Source: Phoronis australis
Lineage: Eukaryota > Animalia > Phoronida
Assembly: GCA_002633005.1 (NCBI GenBank)
Contig: NMRA01000041.1
Span: 62,001 to 126,000 of the forward strand
DNA length: 64,000 bases
Reading direction: 5' to 3'
Shown: positions 62,001-64,000 of the stretch, piece after piece
Position numbering within the stretch: the stretch's first letter is position 1
How the letters are laid out: every line of letters begins with the position of its first letter
Notes under the pieces: model-generated
Databases searched by the model: none
What the model saw: the letters and a program-made list of their open reading frames with translations, nothing else
Told to the model about the DNA's origin: nothing
Translations under genes and position numbers: made by a program

Positions 62001-63790
62001 GGTTGCAAGTGACAAGTTGTACTAACTTTCCAGCCTTGATCTGAAGGATTGTGATTGTTGTAACACCCTTGTTAGTGCTATGCACTTTCAAAACAACGAA
62101 TCTTCAAGCTAATATGATGCGCGTAAGTTTTGCTTTACATGTTCTTACGTAGACCTAACTGTGTTAATGATTGTGCTTCCGGGTAATTGGTCTGTTTACA
62201 ATTGCTGTTTCAGGGTCAGAGGTGGCAGAATACTGCGCTGTGCATCTCCCTAATTTCGTCAAGGGCACTGACCTGTACGGTCGAGGCCAGCTGGCGGAGG
62301 CCCTGGAACACTCATTTTTAGCATTTGACGAAAAGTTGCTTGAAGAACATGTGATCGCAGAAATGAAAGTCCTCCGTGGAGACGAAAATGACACAGAGGA
62401 AGAAGACGGTAAAATGATTGTTGTTATGAATGACTTGATATTGTTTGTAGAAGGAATGGATTGTTCCAACAAACACAGTCTGATTATGCCCGCCATAGTT
62501 ACTGTTGCAGAGTCCCACAAGCACAAAGAAAATGGCAGAATTTCCCTCCAAGTTTGCGTGAAAAACAGATTCTTTTCAATGTGTTCCCGATATCATTTCC
62601 CTGAAACTGCTGTCATAAAACATCCGGCAAAAAAACAACTGCTATGTACACAGTGGTATATTGATGATTCCAAGTCTTTGAGTCCATTCATAGATTACTC
62701 AAAATGTTTGGTACGGGATTACCTGCATAGTTGCTTTAAAGTAAGAAAATGTTTGTGAAAAGTGACAAAGTTGAATTTATTTGTCCTTTGTTACTCTGAT
62801 GTATATTCCTGGGTGTATATTTTGTTTATTTGCTTTGATATCTCACAAGTCCTTCTTGTCCGTTCTCCATAAATAGTTGCAATGCATAGTAAGTGTTCTA
62901 AGCTCGTGCAAGACCATCTTTCTACTTTTGTTAGCATTGAATGCTTGTGGCACGGGTGACGCTTGTCATGTTTGTTCTTCCATGCCCTTTATGGCGGGAA
63001 CAATAGCTTGATTGACATGCAGAAATGTTCACCATGCATGTGCAGTCTCTTTTTGGAATCGCGTAAATTATTCATTTGATCCTATATTGACCCAAAAACT
63101 TGGGTGCCACTTCCAAATTGATGGGCTGTTTTGGAAACGTGAATTCATTGTGTCAAAAACTTGGTTATATTTGTGTATTCTGCAATGTAATGCTAAAAAG
63201 TAAATGTTTTTAAGTTAAGCAACTAGTATGGATTTTGACCTGTCCATTTGACCTTTGTTGTAGCCAATGAAATGGATCTATTGGAAGAAGAGAGTGACAT
63301 GCCCTTGGAACAGCTTATGATGCGCTACGGTGGCGTCAAAAAAGTCTCCACCTCTGTCTGCCAGCCATCACCTGCACTTAAACCTAAAGTGTCACCTAAA
63401 AATGATGATACAAAGGGGAGTGATCCAGTTAAAGTGGACCTGGTTAGGGAACTCACTAACGGTCACACACAGACAGAGACTGGAGTATGTGGTGACTGTG
63501 TTAATTCAAATTCTGAGGAGAAGGATGGTGACAGTGACTCAACTGGAATAAGTAAAAGCCACACTGCTAAATGGAATGGCGGGTGCGGTGAAAAAGAAAG
63601 CCAGAATTGTGAGGGTGAAAATGGCACGGACTGTAAAGCAAGTGAACATGGCTGCGAAAACAATGTACCAGAGCGAACAAAAAGTAATGAGGGTGGTTTA
63701 CATGGAGACAAAGCATCAATGGCTACAGGTGAAAACTGCAAGGAGAAATCTCATTGCTGTAATCGGGATGAGGAAACACATAGTTCTGAG
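58944..63790 (+). CDS. PPM1G: Protein phosphatase 1G (PP2C-gamma), exons 1-4; gene continues beyond the window
   Basis: PP2C motifs SMQGWRISQEDAHN, FAVYDGHGGSEVA, followed by the PPM1G-type acidic insert with MPLEQLMMRY. Confidence 0.92.
59125..59176. mobile_element. 52-bp hairpin mini-transposon, TAG...CTA ends, 9-bp TSD
   Basis: Perfect 21-bp arms TAGACAGTGACCATCGTCTCT; CTACCAGCT on both flanks. Confidence 0.85.
60283..60909. mobile_element. ~630-bp foldback element whose TIRs begin with the same hairpin; carries a nested 141-bp MITE (60612-60752)
   Basis: Inverted similarity 60283-60405 vs 60775-60909; nested GTAAAAGTGGC...GCCACTTTTAC flanked by CCTATGGTGG direct repeats. Confidence 0.7.
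61282..61357 (+). CDS. PPM1G: PPM1G exon 2
   Basis: DAHNCCPDFDPKTNTSLFAVYDGHG(G); ttccag / G|GTAAGA. Confidence 0.93.
62214..62408 (+). CDS. PPM1G: PPM1G exon 3
   Basis: SEVAEYCAVHLPNFVK...AFDEKLLEEHVIAEMKVLRGDENDTEEED; 195 nt, phase 1-1. Confidence 0.92.
63264..63790 (+). CDS. PPM1G: PPM1G exon 4 (acidic, low-complexity insert)
   Basis: NEMDLLEEESDMPLEQLMMRYGG...EETHSSE|GTAATT; 527 nt, phase 1-0. Confidence 0.85.
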
Positions 63791-64000
63791 GTAATTAGGT
63801 AGAAGGAACCATTTACTGGTGTTGGTGCATAGCAGCGGGCTTTGTCACCAATGGCGACATTACAATTTTCCTGAAGTTCGAAGTTGTGCAAATAATTAGG
63901 CAAGAAGTCGTGGTTTCACTGCAGTTACTGAAAGTGCGTGTAGAAGGCAATTAGGAAGTCTCTGGTCAATAGGCAAATCTGTTATTTTCTTAGCAATGTC

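Overview
Eukaryotic (invertebrate animal, AT-rich, intron-rich) genomic DNA, not prokaryotic; most short ORFs in the track are noise or single exons. Three spliced genes can be built by hand with GT-AG boundaries and consistent phases. (1) A minus-strand ~26.5 kb gene (33963 to ~7393) for a predicted type I membrane protein: signal peptide, up to 4 vWA domains with Thr-rich linkers, 2 C-type lectin domains, a mucin stalk and a TM helix; one vWA exon is damaged. (2) A complete 14-exon NRBP/Madm pseudokinase gene (58299 to 42029, minus, 506 aa). (3) The first 4 exons of PPM1G (58944 onward, plus), head-to-head with NRBP. The rest is transposon debris: LINE, BEL/Pao and Academ remnants, MITEs, and a family of ~50-bp hairpin elements with 9-bp TSDs. 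Two ~2.5 kb tandem duplications each join at a single N and are probably assembly artefacts. All calls are from manual reading; no database searches were run.
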